DNA of 64,000 nucleotides from Eledone cirrhosa (Eukaryota), in the NCBI GenBank assembly GCA_964016885.1, contig OZ024741.1:400396001-400460000 (forward strand), given 5' to 3'. Both the position numbers and the translations under genes were made by a program. Position 1 is the first letter of the stretch. Each line of letters opens with the position of its first letter. The notes under the pieces are model-generated. The model was not told the origin of the DNA. It did not search any database and saw only the letters and a list, made by a program, of their open reading frames with translations. Of the stretch, positions 12,783-23,571 are shown piece by piece.

Positions 12783-12830
12783 TATGCAGCTAATGACAGC
12801 AACTTTATCATAATTACTGGACCTAATATG
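12783..12830 (+). CDS. MSH4: MSH4 exon, YAANDSNFIIITGPNM (first half of Walker A)
   Basis: ttgtag| acceptor and |gtaagt donor; 48 nt, phase 0/0; IITGPNM is the MutS P-loop. Confidence 0.95.
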
Positions 12831-12954
12831 GTAAGTGTTAAAGTCTAAATTAGTAATGTCAGGAACAATTGGAATTTAATCAGGAAATATAAATCCTATA
12901 AAATCTTGTTTGGAAACCTCCTGGGAAACTTGAGAAGAAACCTCCCAGGAGAGA

Positions 12955-13270
12955 TTCTTCTTCTTCTTCTTCTTCTTCTTCTTCTTCTTCTTCTTCTTCT
13001 TCTTCTTCTTCTTCTTCGTCTTCTTTTTTTTTTTTTTTGCCCACATATTTCTGAGAGGGTCATGGGGACAGAGTCCTTAAACATTCCTTCCAGTGGGTCT
13101 TGTCAAAAATAACCACCTGCAACTGATCTGGCAGGTGAACCAGTTGGTTTTTGCCTGTAAAATCTGGAAGGAGTGTTTAAGGACTCTACCCCACGACCCT
13201 CTCAGCAATAAGTGGGTGAAGAAGAAGGAGGAGGCAGAGGAGAAGGGGGAGAAGAAGAAGAAGGAGAAGG
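12955..13270. repeat. Inverted pair of RTE/Expander-like 3' ends with (CTT)n and (GAA)n tails
   Basis: 13039-13093 is the reverse complement of 13164-13217; same family as 44930-45305 and 51733-52420. Confidence 0.75.
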
Positions 13271-13344
13271 TGACATATTTTAAATCACTTATTTATAGCT
13301 AATTAATCAAAAGATGATATTGTTTCTATATTTTTGTTTGACAG

Positions 13345-13512
13345 AGTGGTAAATCGACATACCTGCGACAAGTTGCCTTACTTCAAATTATGGCCCAAAT
13401 TGGAAGTTTTGTACCAGCTGCATATGCCTCCTTCAGAATTGCAGATCAAATATTTACTCGTATTGGTAGTGATGATGATCTAGAAACTAATGCTTCTACT
13501 TTTATGGTTGAA
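13345..13512 (+). CDS. MSH4: MSH4 exon, [25 protein letters not shown]...[21 protein letters not shown]
   Basis: gacag| acceptor and |gtaaga donor; 56 codons; MutS ATPase motifs. Confidence 0.97.
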
Positions 13513-13582
13513 GTAAGAATATTAATTTAATATTTTTCTAGACTTAAGCATTAATGAAAGCTGTTAATAAATATAGGTAATA

Positions 13583-13775
13583 ATATATAGTAATAATAAT
13601 AAATTTGAAGACTAAAATCCAAAGAGGGCTCGATAAGGATAAATATATATCAAATATATAAGAACTGTAGAGCAAATATTTATTAAAATAACAGATTAAA
13701 GTTTAAGCAAAGAATCGCTGCTTTCACCCTCAAGCAGCAATTCTTTGCTTAAACTTTAATCTGTTATTTTAATAG
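13583..13775 (-). mobile_element. PLE terminal fragment with fold-back palindrome
   Basis: Reverse complement of the 3' end of the 31650-34917 PLE; arms 13681-13723 and 13732-13774. Confidence 0.85.
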
Positions 13776-14527
13776 ATAATAATATATATATATGTGTGTT
13801 AGGTAATTCTGAAGAAAATGCAAAGGAAAAAAGAGTGCTCTATGTATAGAACAGAGCTATTTAATTAGAAAGTAAACACAAAATATAACCTTTGGTAATG
13901 GAGTAGTTATATTTTGTGTTGTTCACTTTCTAATTAGATATATTATAAATATATGCATATTTTATATTTTTGTATTATTGTTTTATATTATGTATGTATT
14001 TTTCAATGGAGATCTTAGTCCATATATTCTCAGATGTGTCATACTATATATATATATATATATATATATCGATAGTTGATTGACTTTCATCAAATTGGAG
14101 CGAGGAAACAATGTTTTCATAGGTCTTTCCAATTGCTAATACTATCTATCATTCGCAACTCCAGGTAGAAGTAGCAATGTGAAATAAAGTGTTTCACTGA
14201 AGGACATAAGGCATCGCCCAGTCTGGGAATCAAAATCACAACCTCATGATTGCGAATCCAATTGTCTAACCAATATATACATATATATATATATATATCA
14301 TCATCATCATCCATTTTTCATTGCTTGAATGTGTAAACATATATATATGTATATACATATATATATATAAGTTTAAACAACATATAAAAGAATATATATC
14401 AATATTGTCAACTGAGAAACTTCTAGTTGTACATATGTACAGAACAATTAATTTGTAAGAAGATATACTTACTTCAAGATAGTAAGTAATGATAAAAATA
14501 AAAATATAATATATATATAATATATAT

Positions 14528-14747
14528 ATAGGAACCAGTAAGACCCCGACAGCTGAGCTCAAGCCGTTTCGACGGCTAATTCTGGACTAAAAAAAAGTCC
14601 AGAATTTTAGTCCAGAATTAGCCGTCGAAACGGCTTGAGCTCAGCTGTCGGGGTCTTACTGGTTCCTATTACCCACTCTACTACCTCAAGTATTGAGTAC
14701 TTTGGTGCGTTATGGTCCACCTGGTTCCTTACCACATTTCCTTCGTA

Positions 14748-14748
<1 letters not shown>
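14528..14748 (+). mobile_element. PLE-type terminal fragment: 65-bp-arm palindrome carrying the 3' half of a hammerhead
   Basis: Arms 14528-14592 and 14605-14669; GAAA cggc-ttgagctca-gctg TC; flanked by (TA)n. Confidence 0.7.
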
Positions 14749-14781
<33 letters not shown>

Positions 14782-14786
14782 AAAAT

Positions 14787-14970
14787 ATAATTGTTTCTAC
14801 TTTTGGCACAAGGCCAGCAATTATTCCAGTGTATTACTGGTACTTTATTTTATCGACGCTGTAAGGATGAAAGGCAAAGTTAACCTCGGCGGGATTTGAA
14901 CTCAGAACATAAAGGGCCGTAACTCTTTGCTGCAAAACATGGCGACCGACCCTCTACCGATACTGCCAAT
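14787..14970 (-). mobile_element. SINE family A
   Basis: Same consensus. Confidence 0.85.
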
Positions 14971-15315
14971 GTATATAATTACTCCCTTACAGTTGGGTAA
15001 AGAATATGGTTGAGTCTGACTGCTATATCTAGCACCCCTTACCATTGTCCACATACCTCTGCCCATCTGTATGACACTAATCGCATGATAATTCTACCGT
15101 TCGAAATTATCTCTGGTAGCAGATAACTTGGTTGAACCCTTTCTTGTTTGAAAATGTTCTGACAAGTTGAGATTTTCACAGCACTATGAGCTGAGGTTTG
15201 CTCAATGAAACTGCAGTTAATCAAACTCTAAGTCAATAGCTAAATATTTTCTTTATCTTATTTGTGTTTCCCAAATATATTTATATATATATACATACAA
15301 CCAATTTTATTTCAG

Positions 15316-15388
15316 ATGAGAGAAATCAACTACATTATTCAGAATGCTTCAGATTCTTCACTGATAATAATTGATGAACTTGGACGAG
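15316..15388 (+). CDS. MSH4: MSH4 exon, MREINYIIQNASDSSLIIIDELGRG (Walker B)
   Basis: ttcag| acceptor and |gtaaga donor; DELGRG motif; ends in phase 1. Confidence 0.96.
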
Positions 15389-17063
15389 GTAAGAAAAAAC
15401 ACCTTTTCTCACATTCAATATTACTTATTTTGGTTTGTTTCACACATCTTCATCACCATCTCATTTCTATGTTTGTTTATCTATTCATACACATGCTGGA
15501 TGTATCCTCTCCCATACAGCATCTCGTTACTTTTCTTTGATCCTTGACAACTTCTTTGTGATGTTCAATTTTCTGGGATCAGCTTTCATTACATCTTCTC
15601 CATACCTTCCTCCACAGGTTCCTACCACTTGTATTGATTAACTCATATTTACCCAACTGTCATCCTCCATATGTATCACATGTCTGTACCAGCACAGTCT
15701 CCTCTCTTACACACATCTGATTCCTCTAACAACCCAGCTTTTCTCTCAGCTGTTCTGCTATTTGCAGTAACATTACACAGGGACATGGTAATTCTTGATT
15801 TGGTACCTGGGCATGTGGTTAGCCCACTGGGATTGAAAGAGCCCTAGTTCTTGTTTAGGATATCATTCAAGGAGAAGTAAAACTCAGATGTAAAACCTGC
15901 AACTCAATGGCAGCCAATGATGATGACCTGTTTTTCTTTTTGGATACCTTGAGAGTGGGATTGGTCCAGTGTTAGGCCTTTCTTCACTTAATAAAGCTTG
16001 AAGCACAGGCATCACTTGATCTGACTTTCACATGTGTTGTGTGAGCATGGTCTTTTCTTTTTTTCTTTCACTGCAACATATGCAGAAAGGAATCAAGTCC
16101 TTGGAAGTCATGTTCATGTATGAGTAAAAGGTTAAATGATGACAGTTCTCGAAACAAAGATGCAGCCATTATACATTACACACCAAATGAAATACATTCA
16201 GCTCATTTCTTTCCAGCCTTCATATATCCTCCTCAAAAGTCAGGCTTTGTCAATGATTAGCACATTTCCTACTTCACTTAGGTCTGTTGGGCCTACTTAG
16301 GCAAATATTTCTTCCCCTGCACATTCACTCCATTCAGGAAACTCTCACATTTCCAAGGTTCTATAATTTCCTCTCTTAATGCACTATAAATGTAAAATCA
16401 TTTTCTGTTTAACCTTTTTGAAACTAAACTCCCTGAAACCACCCTTAAAGTGTTTATATCTATCTAAAAATCTTCAATCTTAATTTTATGTAAAATCCTT
16501 AGTTATGTTCCAAATACCAGTTTAATAACTGGAATGACAGCAGCCCATCTGAGGAAGGAACCCCTATGAGGTGGGGTTGATGTCACTGGCCATTGTTTGC
16601 AGAAACGCCAAAGCAATTTTGTCCATGGGGCACAGCTGTAACACTGCTCTGATCTAGGTGTAGAGTGTCACCCTCTCCTCCTCACCCATTTTTTGTTCCT
16701 TTGTCTAGTAGTCTTTACTCTTCCTCTCCTTTTCCTATCAATTATGGCATTTATAGTCCTTTCCAATACCGCTCTCTAATTTTGTATGATTAAATAAAAT
16801 TTCTTTCTATGTATCTAAATTACTACAATAATTTCATATAATTGCTACAATAATTTCATAAAAATAATTTCATATAATCAGGAAGTTAGCTATTGATATA
16901 TTTCAAAATCCTGCAAATTCTTGGTTACATTCAAAATGATTTATAAATCACAAGAGATCTTTCATTTAAAAATTAGAACAAACTAAACCATTTCCTTCAT
17001 TTTAAACTGTTTGATATCAACTTTTGGTACATTAAGGGAATTTCAATATTTATGTCTTTAAAG

Positions 17064-17128
17064 GAACTAGTGTCAAAGAAGGTTTGGGAATTTGTTATGC
17101 TGTTTGTGAATATCTTTTGAACATAAAG
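17064..17128 (+). CDS. MSH4: MSH4 exon, [22 protein letters not shown]
   Basis: taaag| acceptor and |gtatgt donor; phase fits the previous exon; matches MSH4 [22 protein letters not shown]. Confidence 0.95.
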
Positions 17129-17605
17129 GTATGTATAATTGTTATCTATCTCTCTATATATATACACACACACACATATACATATATATATATTAGAAAG
17201 TGAGGTTTTTTTACAAAAGGAAAAAAAACGAGGTGTCCTACACGAGTGAAAGTATAAGGAAAAAAGATGAAATCGAAAATGCAGCTGGAGTCTTTTTTTT
17301 TTTTTAAATATATTTATTTGATTCCTTTATCGGTTTGACAGTTCTCGTGCTTTTCAAAAGTAGAATTGAGATGGAGGGTTTGTGGTTTTTCTCGCATCTG
17401 TATATATATATATATTTGCTTGTTGTATCCCAACAATTTAAATAGAACTTCTACATATATATATATATATATTGCAAGCAGGGAAAAGCAGGCGTAAAAT
17501 GATGATGATGATGATGATGATGTATGTGTGTGTACACATACACACACACATATATGTATATATATGTATGTGTACACACACACACACATATATATATATA
17601 CACAT

Positions 17606-17640
<35 letters not shown>

Positions 17641-17644
<4 letters not shown>

Positions 17645-20028
17645 TTTTGTGAGGTTTTTTATATGAAATCGTGTGTCGAAACAGATATTGTTATATTTCC
17701 TCTCAATGGTTATACGCCCCATAATCAAGATGTCCCCAGATGTATGTGAAAGTACAGAGGACCTCCTCAGCAGAATCAGTGAGTGCAACAAAAACAGGAG
17801 CCTATCCAACTGCATAATAGGCAGCATGGATGTGGTGTCACTGTACCCATCCATTAACATTGATTTTGCTGTGAAAAGATGTGTGGAGATGATCATTGAG
17901 AGTGAGGTGGAGTTCTGCGACGTCGACACAGACGAACTGGGCCTCCTACTTAGACTTACCTACGACACTGACTACCTAGACAGCCATGACCTTAGATGTT
18001 TCTGCCCTAGTAGACCTATAAGAGGTAGACCCCCCACCATAACCTCAATGGCTAAAAAGACTCCCATAGGAAGGTGGATTGGGTGAACCAAAGCTATACG
18101 GACCCCCCAAAACACTGATCAGGTAAGAAAAATGGTCGCACATGCAATAGGGGCTAGTATCAAAACTACCCTAAAGGGCCACATATTTAAGTTCAATGAG
18201 AAAATCTACACCCAAAATGAGGGAGCAGCCATCGGCGTCAGCATAGCTGGTGATGTTGTCAACCTTTTCATGGTATGGTGGGAAAGGAGACTTAAAGATC
18301 TCCTTAATGAAAGCTCCATAGACCTCATCATGTACTCTCATTATGTAGACGATATCAATATAGTTATAAGAACACCCCCACTAGAGAGCACTAACAAGTT
18401 TGATTTAGAACGTAGCACGATGGAAAGCATCCAGCAGATAGCTAATTCCATACACCAGAGTATAACTGTAACTATAGACTTCCCTTCTAAACACCCTAAC
18501 AATGGACTACCTGTATTAGACACAGAACTCTGGATTAACACTATAGACGAGAGAGCCCAAATTCTCCACTCACACTATGCTAAACCCATGGCCTCCAAAT
18601 ACCTGATACTCAAAAACTCAGCAATGTCCAGTAGTGCTAAGTTTAATATTCTGATCGCAGATTTGGTACGAGTGATGAAGAATGTGTCCAGCATATGCGA
18701 CCCAACAGAAATGGAAGGACACATCCAACACTTCATCAACCGCATGCAGTTCTCTGGCTACAACCAAAGAGACAGAGTCAGAGTATACGAAGGAGCCATG
18801 GAAAAGTATAAGACCCTCATAGAACTTGACATGAAAGGAATTTGCCCACTATACAGGAGCAAATCATGGAATAGCTTAGATAGGGCTAGACATAAGATAG
18901 GGAAGACCACATCATGGTACGACGACCAGAGATATCAGAGTGTCATGTTTGTGGACGCCACCCCTGGAGGGAAATTAGCTAACCAGTGTAGAAAGGCCCT
19001 GAGAAAGACCCACTTAAAAATAAAGGTGGTAGAAAAGCCAGGAACCACCATAAAATCCCTGATCAGCAAAACCTACCCTTTTAAGAAAACCCACTGTACC
19101 AATAGGAAATGTATCATATGTAAGGTGAACCCCCGGATAAACTGTAAAACTAGAAACGTAGTCTATAGCATAAGATGTACAGAGAGTACTTGCAGAAACA
19201 TGACAACAACATACATAGGTGAGACAGCTCGTAGCATAGGTGAAAGGATAGACCAACACTGGGGGGAACTAAAAGGACGAAAAAAGGGGTCAGTACTATA
19301 CGAACATGCTAGACAACAACATGACGGTAACATAGACAACATAGAAATTAGAATAATATCTAAACATAGGAATGACCCAGCAGATAGGCAAATCAGAGAG
19401 GCCAGTGAAATAGAAATTAGAAGACCAAAGCTAAACAGAAAGAATGAGTGGAACAACAACAACACCCAAACAAACAACACTGACCTAAGAGAAGTATAAA
19501 TAAGTAAATAAAATAAAATAAAATAAGATAAATAAATACATACACAAGCACAATAACAACAAGCACATAAACACACACTAGTCACCCAGCAGACACAACA
19601 CTATACACACTAGTCACACATCACACATAACACTATACACACACGCAAACGCATGCGCAAAGAAGACAAAATAAAATAAGATAAACAAACAAGCAAATAA
19701 ATAAATAAATATATAGACAGACTGAACAAAAAAAAATGGCGTAGACATACAACACAACAGGAGGAACAATGAATATAACACCACTGACGATGTTGCAGAT
19801 GTGCAACGAAAGATTTATGTAAATTATGTAAACTATATATATGTGTTTGTGTCTATATTGTATCTGTATTATTTTTGACCGCCGGTCAGTCAATGGCAAC
19901 ATTGAGGACCGAGTAAGTTAGATCGCAGATATAATAAAAGACAGCGAGAAGCGAAAACCAACCAAACAGTGAGTGTGTTCTGTTATTAATTCTGGCAATA
20001 TTACGCAAATATGACCCTCCCCAAATAT

Positions 20029-20035
<7 letters not shown>
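17641..20035 (+). mobile_element. Penelope-like element (RT plus C-terminal GIY-YIG with Cys-rich linker; Neptune/Nematis-like), 5'-truncated, one in-frame TGA
   Basis: ORFs 17673..18086 and 18132..19499 are in the same frame: SMDVVSLYPSI, GAAIG, YVDDI, LPVLD, NVVYSIRC..YIGETARSIGERIDQH, LYEH, REASEI, LNRKNEW. Flanked by (TA)n. Confidence 0.9.
19781..19820 (+). ncRNA. Degenerate minimal hammerhead motif in PLE pLTR
   Basis: cca CTGACGA t gttgca-gatg-tgcaac GAAA gatt TA tg. Confidence 0.55.
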
Positions 20036-20099
<64 letters not shown>

Positions 20100-20104
<5 letters not shown>

Positions 20105-20420
20105 GTACAAGCTGAAGCATATAGACAATATGCTCCTACACCCTCCCACTGCAAGGTGGTCGTGGGGGTGCCACGGCAAAAAAGCACCTAGCCCACACTG
20201 TAAAGTGGACGTGTAGGCGCCACGAAAAAGCACCCAGCACTCACTGTAAATGAGGTTGGTGTTAGGAAGGGCATCCAGCTGTAGAAACCAAGCCAAATCA
20301 GTTCCTGTATGAGCAAGGCATGGTCAGCCGACCAGACACTGCCCACAACAGTACAACCCGTCTAACCCATGCTAGCGTGGAAGAACGGACGTAAAACGGT
20401 GATGATGATGATGATGATGA
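20100..20420 (+). mobile_element. RTE 3' UTR fragment
   Basis: Reverse complement of 47482-47800. Confidence 0.85.
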
Positions 20421-20794
20421 TATATATATAACAACTAGAAATTGATTAACATATAAATAAACATATGAAACAATCACAAGGCATAATTTTTACAAGAGTG
20501 TAAGCACACATAGATAGGTAGGTAACTAAATAAAGTTAACTAGAACTTCAAAAATAGATACCTTATAATATGATTAATCTTCCCTGTATATATTCCATTA
20601 AAGAAATATATTTCACCAATTAATCGAATGGTAAACCACGGAGGCCGATACTTGGATTTTCAACAAGGAAGAAGTCCAGCCATCTGTGTTTACGCATTAA
20701 GTTCAAATCAGCGACTGCCCAGTAACAACTATGCTCGGACCTATTCATTAGAATCTTGGAGCTTATTTTACGGGTGATATGGCGCATGCCTTTC

Positions 20795-22644
20795 TGGATT
20801 TGTCGATAAGGTAGCATATACAGAGTACGAAAATAGACCCAGTAGAAATAGATCCCGTCGCATTTGTTGGTATAACCCACCATATAATATGGAGGTGGCC
20901 ACACCATTATCTAAGATCTTTCTTTCCCTTATTGCGAAATTGTTTCCCCCTACACATAAATATAGTAAAATTTTTAATAGAAATACTATTAAAATTTCTT
21001 ACTCTACGACTCCTAACCTTGCACATAACATCACAGCTTCAAATTTAGCTAAACTACCTAGCCGTAGGAACACGTGCAACCCTGTAGTTAGTACTAACTG
21101 TAATTGTAGGAATCGGGTTGATTGCCCCCGATCCGGTAATGCCACTCTAGTAACATTGTCTACAAATGTAAGGTTGAAACACCCACGTCCCGTAGGGCCT
21201 ACATAGGGTTAACCGCCAATAGATTCAAGCAGCGTCTTTACATGCATACCCATTCTTTTCGTTACCCTCTAAGAAGGAATATGACGTCACTTTCAGCTTA
21301 TATCTGGAGTCTAAAAAGACAACCACACCCAATATAAGTTACACTGGGAGATCCTAGCTAGGGCTAGATCGTATAACGGAAATAAAAGACCATGTGACCT
21401 CTGCGCCGCTGAGGCCCTGGAAATACTCTACGCCACAGACCACATCTTAAACAAAAAATATGAGGTAATTTCGGCTGTAAACGTAAATTGCACAAAACTT
21501 TCCTGTATTACAGCCCCACGTTATACCCTAACGGATGGTACGATCTATACGTGGATATTTTACGTCTTGATGTGGTAGCTAAGTATATGTTTTGTTTATA
21601 CCATTACTTATTTGCATAGGTAAGTCTATTACCTGTATGTTTTGTGAAGGTACGTATACTTTCTCGTACGTATATTTGATTGTATATGTTATGGCGTATA
21701 ATTTTTTTATATATTCTGGTACATATGGTTTGGTTATGTGTATACGGGAGTTTTGAGTCTGTGTGAGTATGCAGGTTCGTAAGTATGTAGGGTGTGTGTA
21801 TATGTGTACTTCATGTTTTGGTTGACTTACGTCTCCGAACATGTGTGTATTTACATGTAGGTATGTGTGTGCGCTTGTTATATACGTATTCATTTATTTA
21901 TATACGTTTATTTAATTATTTATTTATTTGTATACACGCACACACACACGCACATATTTATATGTGCGTGGTTTTGTATACCTATGGTAAGTGTTTTCGC
22001 GTATGCTTGTGTATGTACGTATTTGCATGCGCGTATGTAGTATGTATTTATTTAATTTCTATTACCTCTGTATTGTATTTTATTTACATTATCCTTAACT
22101 CTGAAGCGGAGATTCTTTCGGTTTCCTAGTTACAATTTTAGTCTACGACTTCTGCTATACCATTTATATGGTCTTGTCTTTGCGTGCAATTGTTCTCCAC
22201 GCTCCACATATGACGTATTATCTTCGTTTTTTCTGTTCATTGCCAGAGAACGTCTCTATGAACCACCTAAGAGAACATTAGTCTACGACCTCTTTTATAC
22301 CATAAACATGGTTATGTCTTTGCGCGTAATTGTTTTTCACCGCTCCAAATAATGACGTATTATATTCGTTTTTTCCCGTTCTTTGCCAGGGAACGTTTCC
22401 ACGAACCAGAGTATCGTCTTCCTGTCTTCCTCCGGTTGCAATGTTTTTTGAAATATCCACTTCTGCGTTTACCGATTGACTTTGTTAGTTTCAGAAGATC
22501 CCGTTAAGGGTGAAATCAGCGATTCTTTGCTTAAACTTTAATCTGTTATATTAATAAATATTTGCTCTACGGTTCTTATATATTTGATATATATTTATCC
22601 TTATCGAGCCCTCTTTGGATTTTAATGTTCAAATTTATTATTAT

Positions 22645-22650
<6 letters not shown>
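20795..22650 (+). mobile_element. 5'-truncated copy of the PLE family at 31650-34917
   Basis: Near-identical to 33097-34917 (WYNPPYN, CNCRNRVDCP, AYIG, CDLC); ends in (TA)n. Confidence 0.92.
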
Positions 22651-22720
<70 letters not shown>

Positions 22721-22886
22721 TATTTTCCGTAGTGTTGTAATATAGATATTACACACAATAGATGGATAGCTCACGCAGAGTTTGCTCGACGGTTCCAGTT
22801 GTAGTTCCAGTTGTAGTTGTAGTTCCAAAAGTAATCCGGAGAAAAATAGAAGGATTTTAATGGATACAGTTTAGTTAAGAAGGAAT

Positions 22887-23007
22887 TTATTGACACGTGT
22901 TTCTATAACAGTTACATAACCTGAAAACAGCTGCTATCTACAAAGTATTAGTTATGTAGACATTCAATATTTCAATGTTATTATCGACTGTCATTTCATC
23001 GGAATAA
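22887..23007 (-). ncRNA. Hammerhead motif (inverted copy of 27021-27141)
   Basis: Reverse complement of 27021-27141. Confidence 0.63.
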
Positions 23008-23522
23008 TTTTACTGAGGACCTGTTTGGTTTTTATAGAGAATATTAGGAGGGAGGGGTGAAGTTGTTAGAAGAATAGTTGAGGGAGTGGTTTTTTGATAG
23101 CAGTGAGAATTTTTGGTGGCAGTGAGTAATTAGATTTCCATCTGTTGTTTTGACATTTTTATAGAATATATTATTGGTTATTTTTCTAAATCTATAGAAG
23201 GATTAGAGATAGTATAGATATGCGTGGTTGGTTTTGTGTTTGCACTTAATTAACATTCAGGCTTAAATTTTTCTTTCAAGTGTACGTATCCTTTCGCCCA
23301 CGCATTCACACACAAACATATATGCACACCTCTACAAAATACATATACTCACATACACATACTTACATGCTCATACTTACATACATATACACATGCATAC
23401 ATATATATATACACATATATACATGTACATACATACGCGTTCATGTGTATACATTTTCATACTCAACTTATCTTTATATACACACGTATAGACACACACA
23501 TATATACACACATACTCCAGTC

Positions 23523-23571
<49 letters not shown>

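Noticed and set aside
16548-16615. ctgaggaaggaacccc..ggggtt as a possible hammerhead
   Set aside because: No GAAA directly after the hairpin and no convincing stems I and III.
18084-18086. In-frame TGA in the PLE ORF as possible selenocysteine or read-through
   Set aside because: Single TGA in a non-Cys context, more simply a nonsense mutation in a decayed copy; no SECIS recognised.
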